Assembly (NCBI RefSeq): GCF_049584895.1
Contig: NZ_JBAUYR010000001.1
Span: 321-64,320, forward strand
From: Candidatus Binatus sp.
GTDB lineage: Bacteria; Desulfobacterota; Binatia; Binatales; Binataceae
Length of the DNA: 64,000 bases
Direction: 5' to 3'
Shown: one piece after another, positions 1 through 8,084 of the stretch
How positions within the stretch are numbered: the first letter of the stretch is position 1
Layout of the letters: each line of letters starts with the position of its first letter
Program-made: the position numbers and the translations under genes
Notes under the pieces: generated by a model
Told to the model about the DNA's origin: nothing
What the model saw: only the letters and a program-made list of their open reading frames with translations
The model's database searches: none

Positions 1-1
1 G

Positions 2-175
2 CTCGTCACGAGGATCTATTTTGCTGACGAGCCGCTGAACATCACCGATGCAGTGCTGAAGACCGTCGCGCCCGAACGACGATCGACGATGATTGCGCAT
101 ATCGATCAACCTGGCATCTTGCGATTCGATGTCGTGCTGCAGGGGGAGAACGAGACGGTGTTCTTCGACGTATGA
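2..175 (+). CDS. pcaG: protocatechuate 3,4-dioxygenase alpha subunit, C-terminal fragment (5' end lies outside the window)
   Basis: Frame-2 read-through from the window edge gives ...TRIYFADEPLNITDAVLKTV...RFDVVLQGENETVFFDV*. The RIYF-DE ... QGE-ETVFFD ending matches the PcaG C-terminus as I recall it from Pseudomonas. The stop TGA overlaps the pcaB ATG (ATGA). Confidence 0.7.
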   Translation, partial: LVTRIYFADEPLNITDAVLKTVAPERRSTMIAHIDQPGILRFDVVLQGENETVFFDV

Positions 176-1527
176 GCATTCATCCGGCCGACTCTCGAAT
201 TTTTGGATCGCTCTACGGCACTGACGAAGTCCGCGAGCTGTTTTCTGACAAGGCTCATCTGCAGTTCATGCTCGATGTCGAGGCTGCCCTTGCGCGTGCT
301 GAGTCGAAGCTTGGTTTGATTCCTGCGCCGATTGCCGACGCGATTGGCCGCGCGGCGCGGGTCGAGAACTTGCGGCTCGACTACATCGCCGATAGTACTC
401 GCCGCGTCGGTTATCCTGTCGTCGCGATCGTGAAGGAGCTGGGCCGAATCGCAGGCGACGAAGCTGCGCGCTACATCCATCTTGGCGCGACCACTCAGGA
501 CATTCTGGACACGGCGCTCGTTCTGCAACTGCGGCGCGCGTTCGCAATAGTTCGTCGCGACCTGATCGCGATCGCGCGCGCGCTCGCCGATTCAGCGGTT
601 AAGTTTCGCGACGTGCCGATCGCCGGCCGCACTCATCTGCAGCACGCAGTCCCAACCACGTTCGGTCTCAAGTGCGCGATGTGGGCGTCGCCGTTAGTCA
701 CTCATCTCGAGCGCCTGGATCAGGCGGCGCCGAGAATCCTGGTGGTCCAGTTTGGGGGCGCAGCGGGTACTCTGGCGGCGCTCGGCGCTGAAGGCCCAGC
801 GGTCGTCGAAGCACTTGCGCACGAGCTCGCACTCGGCGTCCCGGACGTGCCGTGGCACGCTCAGCGCGATCGCTTTGCCGAGGCGGCCGCGCTGCTCGCG
901 CTGATTTGCGGAAGTCTGTCGAAATTTGCGCTCGACATGACCTTGATGATGCAAACCGAAGTTGGCGAGGTGTCCGAGCCGCACGAAGAAGGTCGAGGCG
1001 GGTCGTCCACGATGCCGCAAAAGCGCAATCCAATCGCGAGCGAGTACATAATCGGGGCGACTCGTGCCGTGCAGGCGTTGGTGCCGGTGATGTTCGGGTC
1101 GATGATCGCGGATCACGAGCGCGCGACCGGACCATGGCAAAGCGAGTCGCTCGCGCTCCCGCAATGCGTGGCGCTGACCGCCTGCGCGTTGGCCCACGCG
1201 CGTTCGATTGCGGAAGGCATGACGGTCGACACCGAACGGATGCGTCGCAACCTCGAAATGACCAGTGGACTGATCATGGCTGAGGCAATCGCGACCGCGC
1301 TCGTGGACAGGCTTGGTCGTGCCGCCGCTGACGCAGCTGTTGCGCGCGCATGCGACAAGTCGATCGCCGAGCGGGTTCCGCTAGCGGAAGTCCTTCGCAA
1401 CGATTCCGAGTTGCGGCCGCTCTTGACTGACGCCGAGATAGAGCGACTCATCGATCCAGCGCAATACCTTGGGTCGGCCGGCGCGTTCATCGACCGAGTC
1501 GTCGCGCGGGTCGGCGCGCTCGCATAA
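172..1527 (+). CDS. pcaB: 3-carboxy-cis,cis-muconate cycloisomerase (fumarate-lyase superfamily)
   Basis: 451-aa ORF with the superfamily signature GSSTMPQKRNP. The N-terminus IFGSLYGTDEVRELFSD..LQFMLDVEAALARAE is typical of PcaB. It is translationally coupled to pcaG. Confidence 0.85.
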   Translation: MSIHPADSRIFGSLYGTDEVRELFSDKAHLQFMLDVEAALARAESKLGLIPAPIADAIGRAARVENLRLDYIADSTRRVGYPVVAIVKELGRIAGDEAARYIHLGATTQDILDTALVLQLRRAFAIVRRDLIAIARALADSAVKFRDVPIAGRTHLQHAVPTTFGLKCAMWASPLVTHLERLDQAAPRILVVQFGGAAGTLAALGAEGPAVVEALAHELALGVPDVPWHAQRDRFAEAAALLALICGSLSKFALDMTLMMQTEVGEVSEPHEEGRGGSSTMPQKRNPIASEYIIGATRAVQALVPVMFGSMIADHERATGPWQSESLALPQCVALTACALAHARSIAEGMTVDTERMRRNLEMTSGLIMAEAIATALVDRLGRAAADAAVARACDKSIAERVPLAEVLRNDSELRPLLTDAEIERLIDPAQYLGSAGAFIDRVVARVGALA

Positions 1528-1552
1528 ACACAATTCATCTAGGAGGCTTCAA

Positions 1553-2686
1553 ATGGCCAGCGATGCACCGCACGATCCTCCTTTTCGCGCTGACCACGTC
1601 GGCAGTCTGCTGCGCCCGGCCGAATTGCTGAAGGCGCGCGCCGACCGCGCAGCCGGCAAAATCTCTGTCGAAGAATTACGCGCCATTGAAGACGCATCGA
1701 TCCGGGAGGCGGTGGCGTTTCAGGAAAGTGTCGGACTTCAGTCGATCACTGACGGCGAATATCGCCGCGAGATTTTTTATTCGGACTTCTATTTCCGTGG
1801 CCTCGGCGGGGGTACGGTCGCGTACGACCCATCGTCGATCGATAAAATCTATTTCATCGACCGCGAAGGCCACAAGTTGCCGCTGTTGGTCCCGCGGGTG
1901 CAGGCGCGAATGCGCTGGCATGCCCCGATCCACGTGGACGACTTCAAATTTCTCCGTGCGGCAACCAAAAGAACGCCGAAGATCACGATTCCATCGCCGA
2001 CTATCATCCACTTCCGTGCGGGCCGGGAGAATATCAGCAAGGACGCGTATCCCGACATTGATCTTTTCTGGGAGGACATCGTCGACGCATTCCACCGGGA
2101 ATTGAAGGCACTGGCCGATGCCGGGTGCACGTACGTGCAAATCGATGAAACCACGCTCGCGTCATTGAGCGATCCTCGAATCTGGGAGCCGATGCGCAAG
2201 CGCGGCGACGACGCGCAGACGCTGCTGCTCGACACCTATCCAAACGTGATGAATCGCGCGTTTGCCGGACGTCCAGCGGGATTGCAGCTCTCAATGCACA
2301 TTTGCCGCGGCAACAATCAGAGTCATTGGAGCGCCGAAGGCAGCTATGATCTCGTGGCGGATACGTTGTTCAACAAGATCGACGTCGACTCCTATTTTCT
2401 GGAATACGACACGCCGCGCGCCGGAAGTTTCGAACCGCTTCGGCTGGTGCCGAAAAATAAGACCATCGTGCTCGGACTGGTGTCGAGTAAATTTCCCGAG
2501 CTCGAATCGAAAGACTCACTCAAGCGCCGGATCGACGAGGCCTCGAAGTTCATCGCACTTGATCGGCTCTCGATTAGTCCGCAATGCGGATTCGCGAGCA
2601 CTGCGCCCGGCAACAAGATCTCTGGAGCGGATCAGCGGGATAAGCTTGCGCTGGTGGTTGAAATCGCGAAGGAAGTTTGGGGTTGA
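1553..2686 (+). CDS. MetE C-terminal-domain-like (cobalamin-independent methionine synthase family) protein
   Basis: The ATG at 1553 is preceded by AGGAGG (1541-1546). The N-terminal FRADHVGSLLRP and C-terminal SPQCGF motifs are typical of the short MetE-like family. The ORF-track start at 1469 overlaps pcaB and has no RBS. Confidence 0.7.
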   Translation: MASDAPHDPPFRADHVGSLLRPAELLKARADRAAGKISVEELRAIEDASIREAVAFQESVGLQSITDGEYRREIFYSDFYFRGLGGGTVAYDPSSIDKIYFIDREGHKLPLLVPRVQARMRWHAPIHVDDFKFLRAATKRTPKITIPSPTIIHFRAGRENISKDAYPDIDLFWEDIVDAFHRELKALADAGCTYVQIDETTLASLSDPRIWEPMRKRGDDAQTLLLDTYPNVMNRAFAGRPAGLQLSMHICRGNNQSHWSAEGSYDLVADTLFNKIDVDSYFLEYDTPRAGSFEPLRLVPKNKTIVLGLVSSKFPELESKDSLKRRIDEASKFIALDRLSISPQCGFASTAPGNKISGADQRDKLALVVEIAKEVWG

Positions 2687-2699
2687 CCTGCCCTGACTT

Positions 2700-3431
2700 T
2701 TAGAAAAGATGACGGCCACCGTCGACTCGAATAAATTCGCCCGTCACGAAATCCGTCTCCACGAAGAACAGCACCGTCTTAGCGATCTCCTCGGCGCCGC
2801 CCCATCGCGCCAGCGGCGTTGCCTCAATCACTTGCGCATTTTCTTCGACGGTCAGATTGGGCGGCGCCAGGATGGGACCGGGCGCGATCGCGTTGACGAG
2901 AATTTCTGGCGCAAGCTGCAGCGCCAACGCCTCTGTCAGCGCTGCGACCGAAGCTTTCGAGACGTAGTACGGAATGTAGTCCTTGTAATGTGGGCGTCCG
3001 GTCACCGGCAGCCAGTCTGAAAAGTTTATTATCCGCCCCGCGCCGCCGTGCTTCATGAATGGCGCCGCGTGAATCGAATACATAAACGCGCTTTTCGCGT
3101 TCGCATCCTGGATAGCCGACCAATGTGCGCCGTCCGGATTCGGCGTTCGCTGATACACCGCTGCCATGTTGATCAAAATGTCGAGGCGTCCCAGCGACTT
3201 CAACGTCTCGTTCACGGCCGCGACGATTTCTGCCTCATTGGTCGCGTCCGCACGCAGCACGGTTGCCTTGACGCCCGCAGTGCTCGCCGCTTGCGCAGTT
3301 GCTTCGGCGGCATCGCGCGAGTCGCGGTAGGTCAACGACAGCGAGCATCCACGGTTTGCCAGGGCAGCCGCGACAACTTGTCCGATTCGTGCGCCACCTG
3401 TGATTAACGCTACCTTTCCGTTTGGATCCAT
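2700..3431 (-). CDS. short-chain dehydrogenase/reductase (SDR) family oxidoreductase
   Basis: 243 aa with the Rossmann motif KVALITGGARIGQ, the catalytic YYVSK and NAIAPGPI. The GGxRIG variant is reminiscent of pteridine-reductase/FolM-type SDRs. Confidence 0.85.
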   Translation of the reverse strand: MDPNGKVALITGGARIGQVVAAALANRGCSLSLTYRDSRDAAEATAQAASTAGVKATVLRADATNEAEIVAAVNETLKSLGRLDILINMAAVYQRTPNPDGAHWSAIQDANAKSAFMYSIHAAPFMKHGGAGRIINFSDWLPVTGRPHYKDYIPYYVSKASVAALTEALALQLAPEILVNAIAPGPILAPPNLTVEENAQVIEATPLARWGGAEEIAKTVLFFVETDFVTGEFIRVDGGRHLF

Positions 3432-3655
3432 AATGCCTCACGCGCCACAGCAACCAGCTATTCACGCTTTCGTTGTATATCTCAAAATGTGCCTGGCGCA
3501 GGTGCCTCTGCGCGGTTTTACACCAATCTATGTCGATGGTAGCTTCATCTTGAGATTATGTCGCTGGGGGGCGGTATCGACGCGCATCTCCAGGATTCCT
3601 CCTCGTCTCGGAATCGAATCAGGAGCTATGCGGCTGGTCGATCGAGGGGATACGA

Positions 3656-6600
3656 GTGGCAGAAAATGATGGCGGTTCAACCGAGCATCGAAGTCATCCC
3701 AAGTCGCGCCCAGTTACAGTCGGGCAGACTGGCATATTCGCGCGCAGCGGCGAATACTGGACCCTCGGCTACGGCAATAGCAGCTTCTCGCTGAAGGACG
3801 TAAAAGGACTCGGCTACATTCAACGGCTGCTGCAGCATCCCGGCGAAGAATTTCACTCACTGGATCTCCTGAGCAGTCCCGGAGGAAGTAGCGCTGCCGA
3901 ACTCGAGAGCGCGGACAAGACTTCGCTACTCGGCGATGCGACTGTCAGCGTCGGTGGACTTGGCGATTCCGGCGAGATGCTCGACGCCAAAGCCAAGCAG
4001 GATTACCACCGCAGACTCGTCGATCTTCGCGAGGAACTCGACGACTTGCGTGAGCGCGGTGATGAGACGCGCGCCGCTCAGATTGAGTCCGAGATTGATT
4101 TTCTCCATCGCGAGATAGCTCGCGCAGTTGGTCTTGGCGGGCGAGACCGGCGCGCAGGATCGGCAGCCGAGCGCGCGCGGCTCAACGTGACCCGTGCGAT
4201 CAAGTCGGCGCTCCAGAAAATTTCCGAGCATAACGGCCAACTGGGCGAATTACTGGATCGATCCATCAGGACTGGATCGTTCAGTTGTTATCTTGCCAAT
4301 CCTCGTACTCCTATAACCTGGCGATTCTATCTGGATGCGGCCGCCCAGCCCCTGGCAGCCGCTGAAATCAGCGCTCCGGTTTTTTCCCGGCCCGAAACCA
4401 GCCTCGTGCAGTCGCTCGCTGAGCGCACCACATTTGTCGGCAGAGAGGCGGAGCGTTCGGTCCTGCGCCGAATGCTCGAGCGTGCACTCGGCGGCGAAGG
4501 TGGGGTCGTGATGATCGGAGGTGTGCTTGGCGTTGGCAAGACCCGAATTGCCGCCGAGTTCGCGGCCGAGGCTTCGGCTCGAGGATTCGTTACGCTGGTA
4601 GGCAGTTGTTACGATCGCGAGAATTCTCTCCCCTTCAGCCCGTTCGTCGAAATTCTAGAGTCCGCGATGGCTCAGTCGACAAGCCTGGACGCCTTCCGAA
4701 CCGCACTCGGGAATGACGCGGGAGAGATGGCACGCTTGATGCCTCAGCTACGCCGCCTTTTTCCCGACATTCCGCCGCCGCTTGAACTCTCTCCGGAACA
4801 ATCGCGTAGGATCCTCTTCAATGCGGTCGTGGAACTTCTAGGAAGGACTGCGGCGAGTGGTCCTATCCTGATGCTCTTCGAAGACCTGCATTGGGCCGAC
4901 GAAGGTACCCTATCGCTGCTCAATCATATTGCGCGGTCGATCTCGAAACTTCCGGTTCTGATACTAGGGACCTTTCGCGATAACGAGGTCGACCCCGCCG
5001 GACCAATGGCACAAACTCTCGATGAGTTACTCCGCATCCACATGCTCGAGCGGATCAGCCTGAGAGGCCTGTCGCAGAGCGCGGTCTCTCAAATGATCAG
5101 CGCGCTAAGCGGAAAAGAGCCTCCGCAGGATATCGTGAACCTTATCTACTCGGGCACTAGCGGCAATCCTTTCTTCGTTGAAGAGCTGTTCCGCCATCTG
5201 GTTGAGCGCGGCAAGCTTATGGATGCAAGCGGGGAGTTTCGTCGCGATCTCAATATCGCCGAGGTTGACGTGCCGCAAAGCCTGCGTCTGGTAATAGGAC
5301 GGCGGCTCGCCCGACTAAGCGAAGAAGCGCGAAAAATCCTCGGCCCCGCAGCGGTCATAGGTCGATCGTTCACTTTCGAGCTGCTAGAGGCCTCAACCAA
5401 CATAGATGCGGACTCACTGCTGGATTCCGTCGAAGAAGTAGAAAAGTCAGGACTGATATACTCGACCTTGGGATACCCGGAGGCGAGCTTTCAATTTTCC
5501 CACGAGCTTATTCGGAATGCAGTCCTGAACGACTTATCGGCGCCGCGTCGTCAACGGCTTCATCTCAATGTAGTAAGTGCAATCGAGCGCGTTCACGCCA
5601 ATGCCCTCGAGGATCAAGCCGGAAATCTCGCGCATCACCTGTGGCAAGCAGGCCGCACCGCCGATCCCGATAAGACTGTTCGGTACTTGGCGCTGGCCGC
5701 TCGACACGCACTCAAGCAGAGTGCTTATGAAGGAGCACTTCGTTACTTTCAGAATGCTCTGGAGCTGCTCAAAGTGTTGCCCTATTCACAAGAGCGAGCG
5801 CGGCGGGAACTCGATATACAAATTGACTACGGCTTGGCGCTGCTCGCCACTAAAGGTTGGTATGCCCCTGAAATGGGAAGCACCTACAGGCGTGCCCATG
5901 AGTTGTGCCAGAGCGTTGACGATGATCTCAGCCTATTCTCGGTGCTTTCCGGACTATGGAGCTATCACCTGGTTCGCGGTGAGCACACTATGGCAATCAG
6001 TTACACGGAGGAAATGACTCGTCTCGCGCCGCGCATGCAGAATGACGGGATGCTCATTCAGGCTGATTGGGCCTCGGGTTGCAGCCGATTTTTCAAGGGT
6101 CAATTCGCCGAAGCGCATGCCAGTCTCGAACGAGGTCGCGGGCTGTACGATCAGCAAAAGCACCGAGCGCTGGCGCTTCAATTCGGACAAGATCCTTGCG
6201 TGAGTTGTCACAGCTTCGACGCGATGACACTTTGGATTCTGGGCTATCCAGATCAAGCCGAGAAAAAGGCGCGAGAAGCCATCAAGCTTGCCCGCGACCT
6301 GGGATATCCATTCACCCTGACCTGGTGCCTCTCGATGATCGGGAAGTACTACTCGATGCGCCGTGACTATGCAGGCGCGGAAAGAGTAATAGCTGAAGGT
6401 CTCACGCTTACAAAAGAGTACGGATTTTCTTTTTTTGCAGAGTCGCTGATTGCGTATCGTGTGATCGGGTCGGCAGCCCAGGGAAAAATAGATCAGATGA
6501 CTGCTGGCGGGGGCAGTCCAGGGGGGTTCTCTGCCGCCGGCTACGAGCTGGCGCATACCTGGGCTCGATCCGAGATAGCAGAGGCTATGGGCAATCTCGG

Positions 6601-7042
6601 ACTCCTGGACGTAGCATCGGCATTGCTCGCCGAAGCGCGCGATTTGATGGAACGCAACGATGAGCGATACGTTGAATCTGAGATACATCGGATTCATGGT
6701 GAATTGAAGCTGAAGCAAGCGGCGCGTGGCTCTTCCACTTCAGCCATTGTAACCAAGACCGAGTCCGAGGCTGAAGAGAGTTTCCTCAAGGCTATCGAAA
6801 TCGCTCGCGATCGCGGTGCGAAAACTTTGGAATTGCGCGCGGCCACCAGTCTGAGTCGCATGCTCATGAAAAACAGAAGACATTCAGAGGCACGTCGCCT
6901 GTTGCAACCGATTCATGACTGGTTCACCGAAGGATTTGATTGGCCGGAGCTCGTATCCGCGAAAGCCATTCTGGTCGATCTCAATTCAACCTCAGTGTCT
7001 GTTTCTGATACCAAGAGTCCTATTCCCACACTCGATCGCTGA
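3656..7042 (+). CDS. large STAND-type AAA ATPase with C-terminal TPR-like repeats and an N-terminal module of unknown function
   Basis: 1128-aa ORF with a GTG start and GAGGGGA upstream. It has a P-loop GVLGVGKTRIAAEF, a Walker B-like LMLFEDLHWADEGT and a long helical repeat C-terminus. The C-terminal block EIHRIHGELKL...GAKTLELRAATSLSRML...DWFTEGFD is shared with the 17125-20496 protein. Confidence 0.75.
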   Translation: MAENDGGSTEHRSHPKSRPVTVGQTGIFARSGEYWTLGYGNSSFSLKDVKGLGYIQRLLQHPGEEFHSLDLLSSPGGSSAAELESADKTSLLGDATVSVGGLGDSGEMLDAKAKQDYHRRLVDLREELDDLRERGDETRAAQIESEIDFLHREIARAVGLGGRDRRAGSAAERARLNVTRAIKSALQKISEHNGQLGELLDRSIRTGSFSCYLANPRTPITWRFYLDAAAQPLAAAEISAPVFSRPETSLVQSLAERTTFVGREAERSVLRRMLERALGGEGGVVMIGGVLGVGKTRIAAEFAAEASARGFVTLVGSCYDRENSLPFSPFVEILESAMAQSTSLDAFRTALGNDAGEMARLMPQLRRLFPDIPPPLELSPEQSRRILFNAVVELLGRTAASGPILMLFEDLHWADEGTLSLLNHIARSISKLPVLILGTFRDNEVDPAGPMAQTLDELLRIHMLERISLRGLSQSAVSQMISALSGKEPPQDIVNLIYSGTSGNPFFVEELFRHLVERGKLMDASGEFRRDLNIAEVDVPQSLRLVIGRRLARLSEEARKILGPAAVIGRSFTFELLEASTNIDADSLLDSVEEVEKSGLIYSTLGYPEASFQFSHELIRNAVLNDLSAPRRQRLHLNVVSAIERVHANALEDQAGNLAHHLWQAGRTADPDKTVRYLALAARHALKQSAYEGALRYFQNALELLKVLPYSQERARRELDIQIDYGLALLATKGWYAPEMGSTYRRAHELCQSVDDDLSLFSVLSGLWSYHLVRGEHTMAISYTEEMTRLAPRMQNDGMLIQADWASGCSRFFKGQFAEAHASLERGRGLYDQQKHRALALQFGQDPCVSCHSFDAMTLWILGYPDQAEKKAREAIKLARDLGYPFTLTWCLSMIGKYYSMRRDYAGAERVIAEGLTLTKEYGFSFFAESLIAYRVIGSAAQGKIDQMTAGGGSPGGFSAAGYELAHTWARSEIAEAMGNLGLLDVASALLAEARDLMERNDERYVESEIHRIHGELKLKQAARGSSTSAIVTKTESEAEESFLKAIEIARDRGAKTLELRAATSLSRMLMKNRRHSEARRLLQPIHDWFTEGFDWPELVSAKAILVDLNSTSVSVSDTKSPIPTLDR

Positions 7043-7056
7043 AGCCGATTTACGTC

Positions 7057-8058
7057 GTGGCGCGACGCTCTACCATCAACGCTCTCGTTATCGGCGCATC
7101 GGGGCATATAGGTAACGCGATCGTTCGTGCTTTTCTGGATAGGAACTACCGGGTCAGCGCGTGCAGCCGTCGAAGTACTTCACCCGCAAACTTATCTGAG
7201 CTGCCGGTACGCTATCTGTCGGGAGACATTGAAACTCCGGGGCAGCTTGACAAATGGATAGCGGGCCACGACTTGGTCGTTGATGCCGCCGCACCTTATC
7301 CCCTCAATGTATTTTCGCTCCTGACCGAGGCCGGCAAGGATCCAATCTCGCATGCCGAGCGACGAACGCGACTGATGCTCGACGCGCTACGCAGGCACAA
7401 GGCTCGGCTTGTATACGTAGGATCTTTTGTTACTGGCGTGCGTCCTCGCACGAGCGCGCAGCGCTTCCAGCATCAGGCGATGCGGCTCGCGCATCCTTAC
7501 TTTGAAATAAAGGAGCTGATCGAGTCGCAAATCCTTGACGCGAGTCGGCGAGGAATCCAAGTCATCATCGCTAATCCGACCTACTGCCTGGGCCCATGGG
7601 ACTTGCACGATCGCCGACTTTGCACGATTCCGTTACTGCTAAGCGGGGAGATACCTTCATCCATCGGCCAGACGCTGAACGTGATCGACGTGCGCGATGT
7701 GGCTGCTGCAATCTGTGCCGCCATTGAGGGGGAACGCTACGGCGAGCCAATACAGATGAGCGGTCACGACATCTCTACCGGGGAACTGTATTCGCTGATC
7801 TGCAAGATTGGCGGTGTACCTAGCCCCAGGATGTCGACGCCGACAACTGTAGCACTTGCCGGTGCTTACGCTATGGAACTGGTGCTAGGCACGATCGGCG
7901 AGAAGACCCTGCTGCCCGCAGGAGGTATGATGATGGCCACTTTGTTCGATTACCTGGTCTCCGGCAACGAGTTACAGCAGCTTGGCATAACTCCGTGGCC
8001 TCTTACTGAGACTCTGGTGGATGCCATCAAATGGTATCGCCAGATTGGCTATTGTTGA
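7057..8058 (+). CDS. NAD-dependent epimerase/dehydratase family protein (extended SDR)
   Basis: 333 aa with the N-terminal glycine motif ALVIGASGHIGNAIVRAFL. The length and pattern are typical of dihydroflavonol-reductase/HpnA-like extended SDRs. Confidence 0.7.
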   Translation: MARRSTINALVIGASGHIGNAIVRAFLDRNYRVSACSRRSTSPANLSELPVRYLSGDIETPGQLDKWIAGHDLVVDAAAPYPLNVFSLLTEAGKDPISHAERRTRLMLDALRRHKARLVYVGSFVTGVRPRTSAQRFQHQAMRLAHPYFEIKELIESQILDASRRGIQVIIANPTYCLGPWDLHDRRLCTIPLLLSGEIPSSIGQTLNVIDVRDVAAAICAAIEGERYGEPIQMSGHDISTGELYSLICKIGGVPSPRMSTPTTVALAGAYAMELVLGTIGEKTLLPAGGMMMATLFDYLVSGNELQQLGITPWPLTETLVDAIKWYRQIGYC

Positions 8059-8084
8059 AGCCATCACTCGGTACTGTCATGTCA

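Noticed and set aside
1469-1552. Upstream start for the MetE-like gene
   Set aside because: It overlaps the pcaB 3' end and encodes an Arg/Ser-rich peptide. The ATG at 1553 has a perfect AGGAGG.
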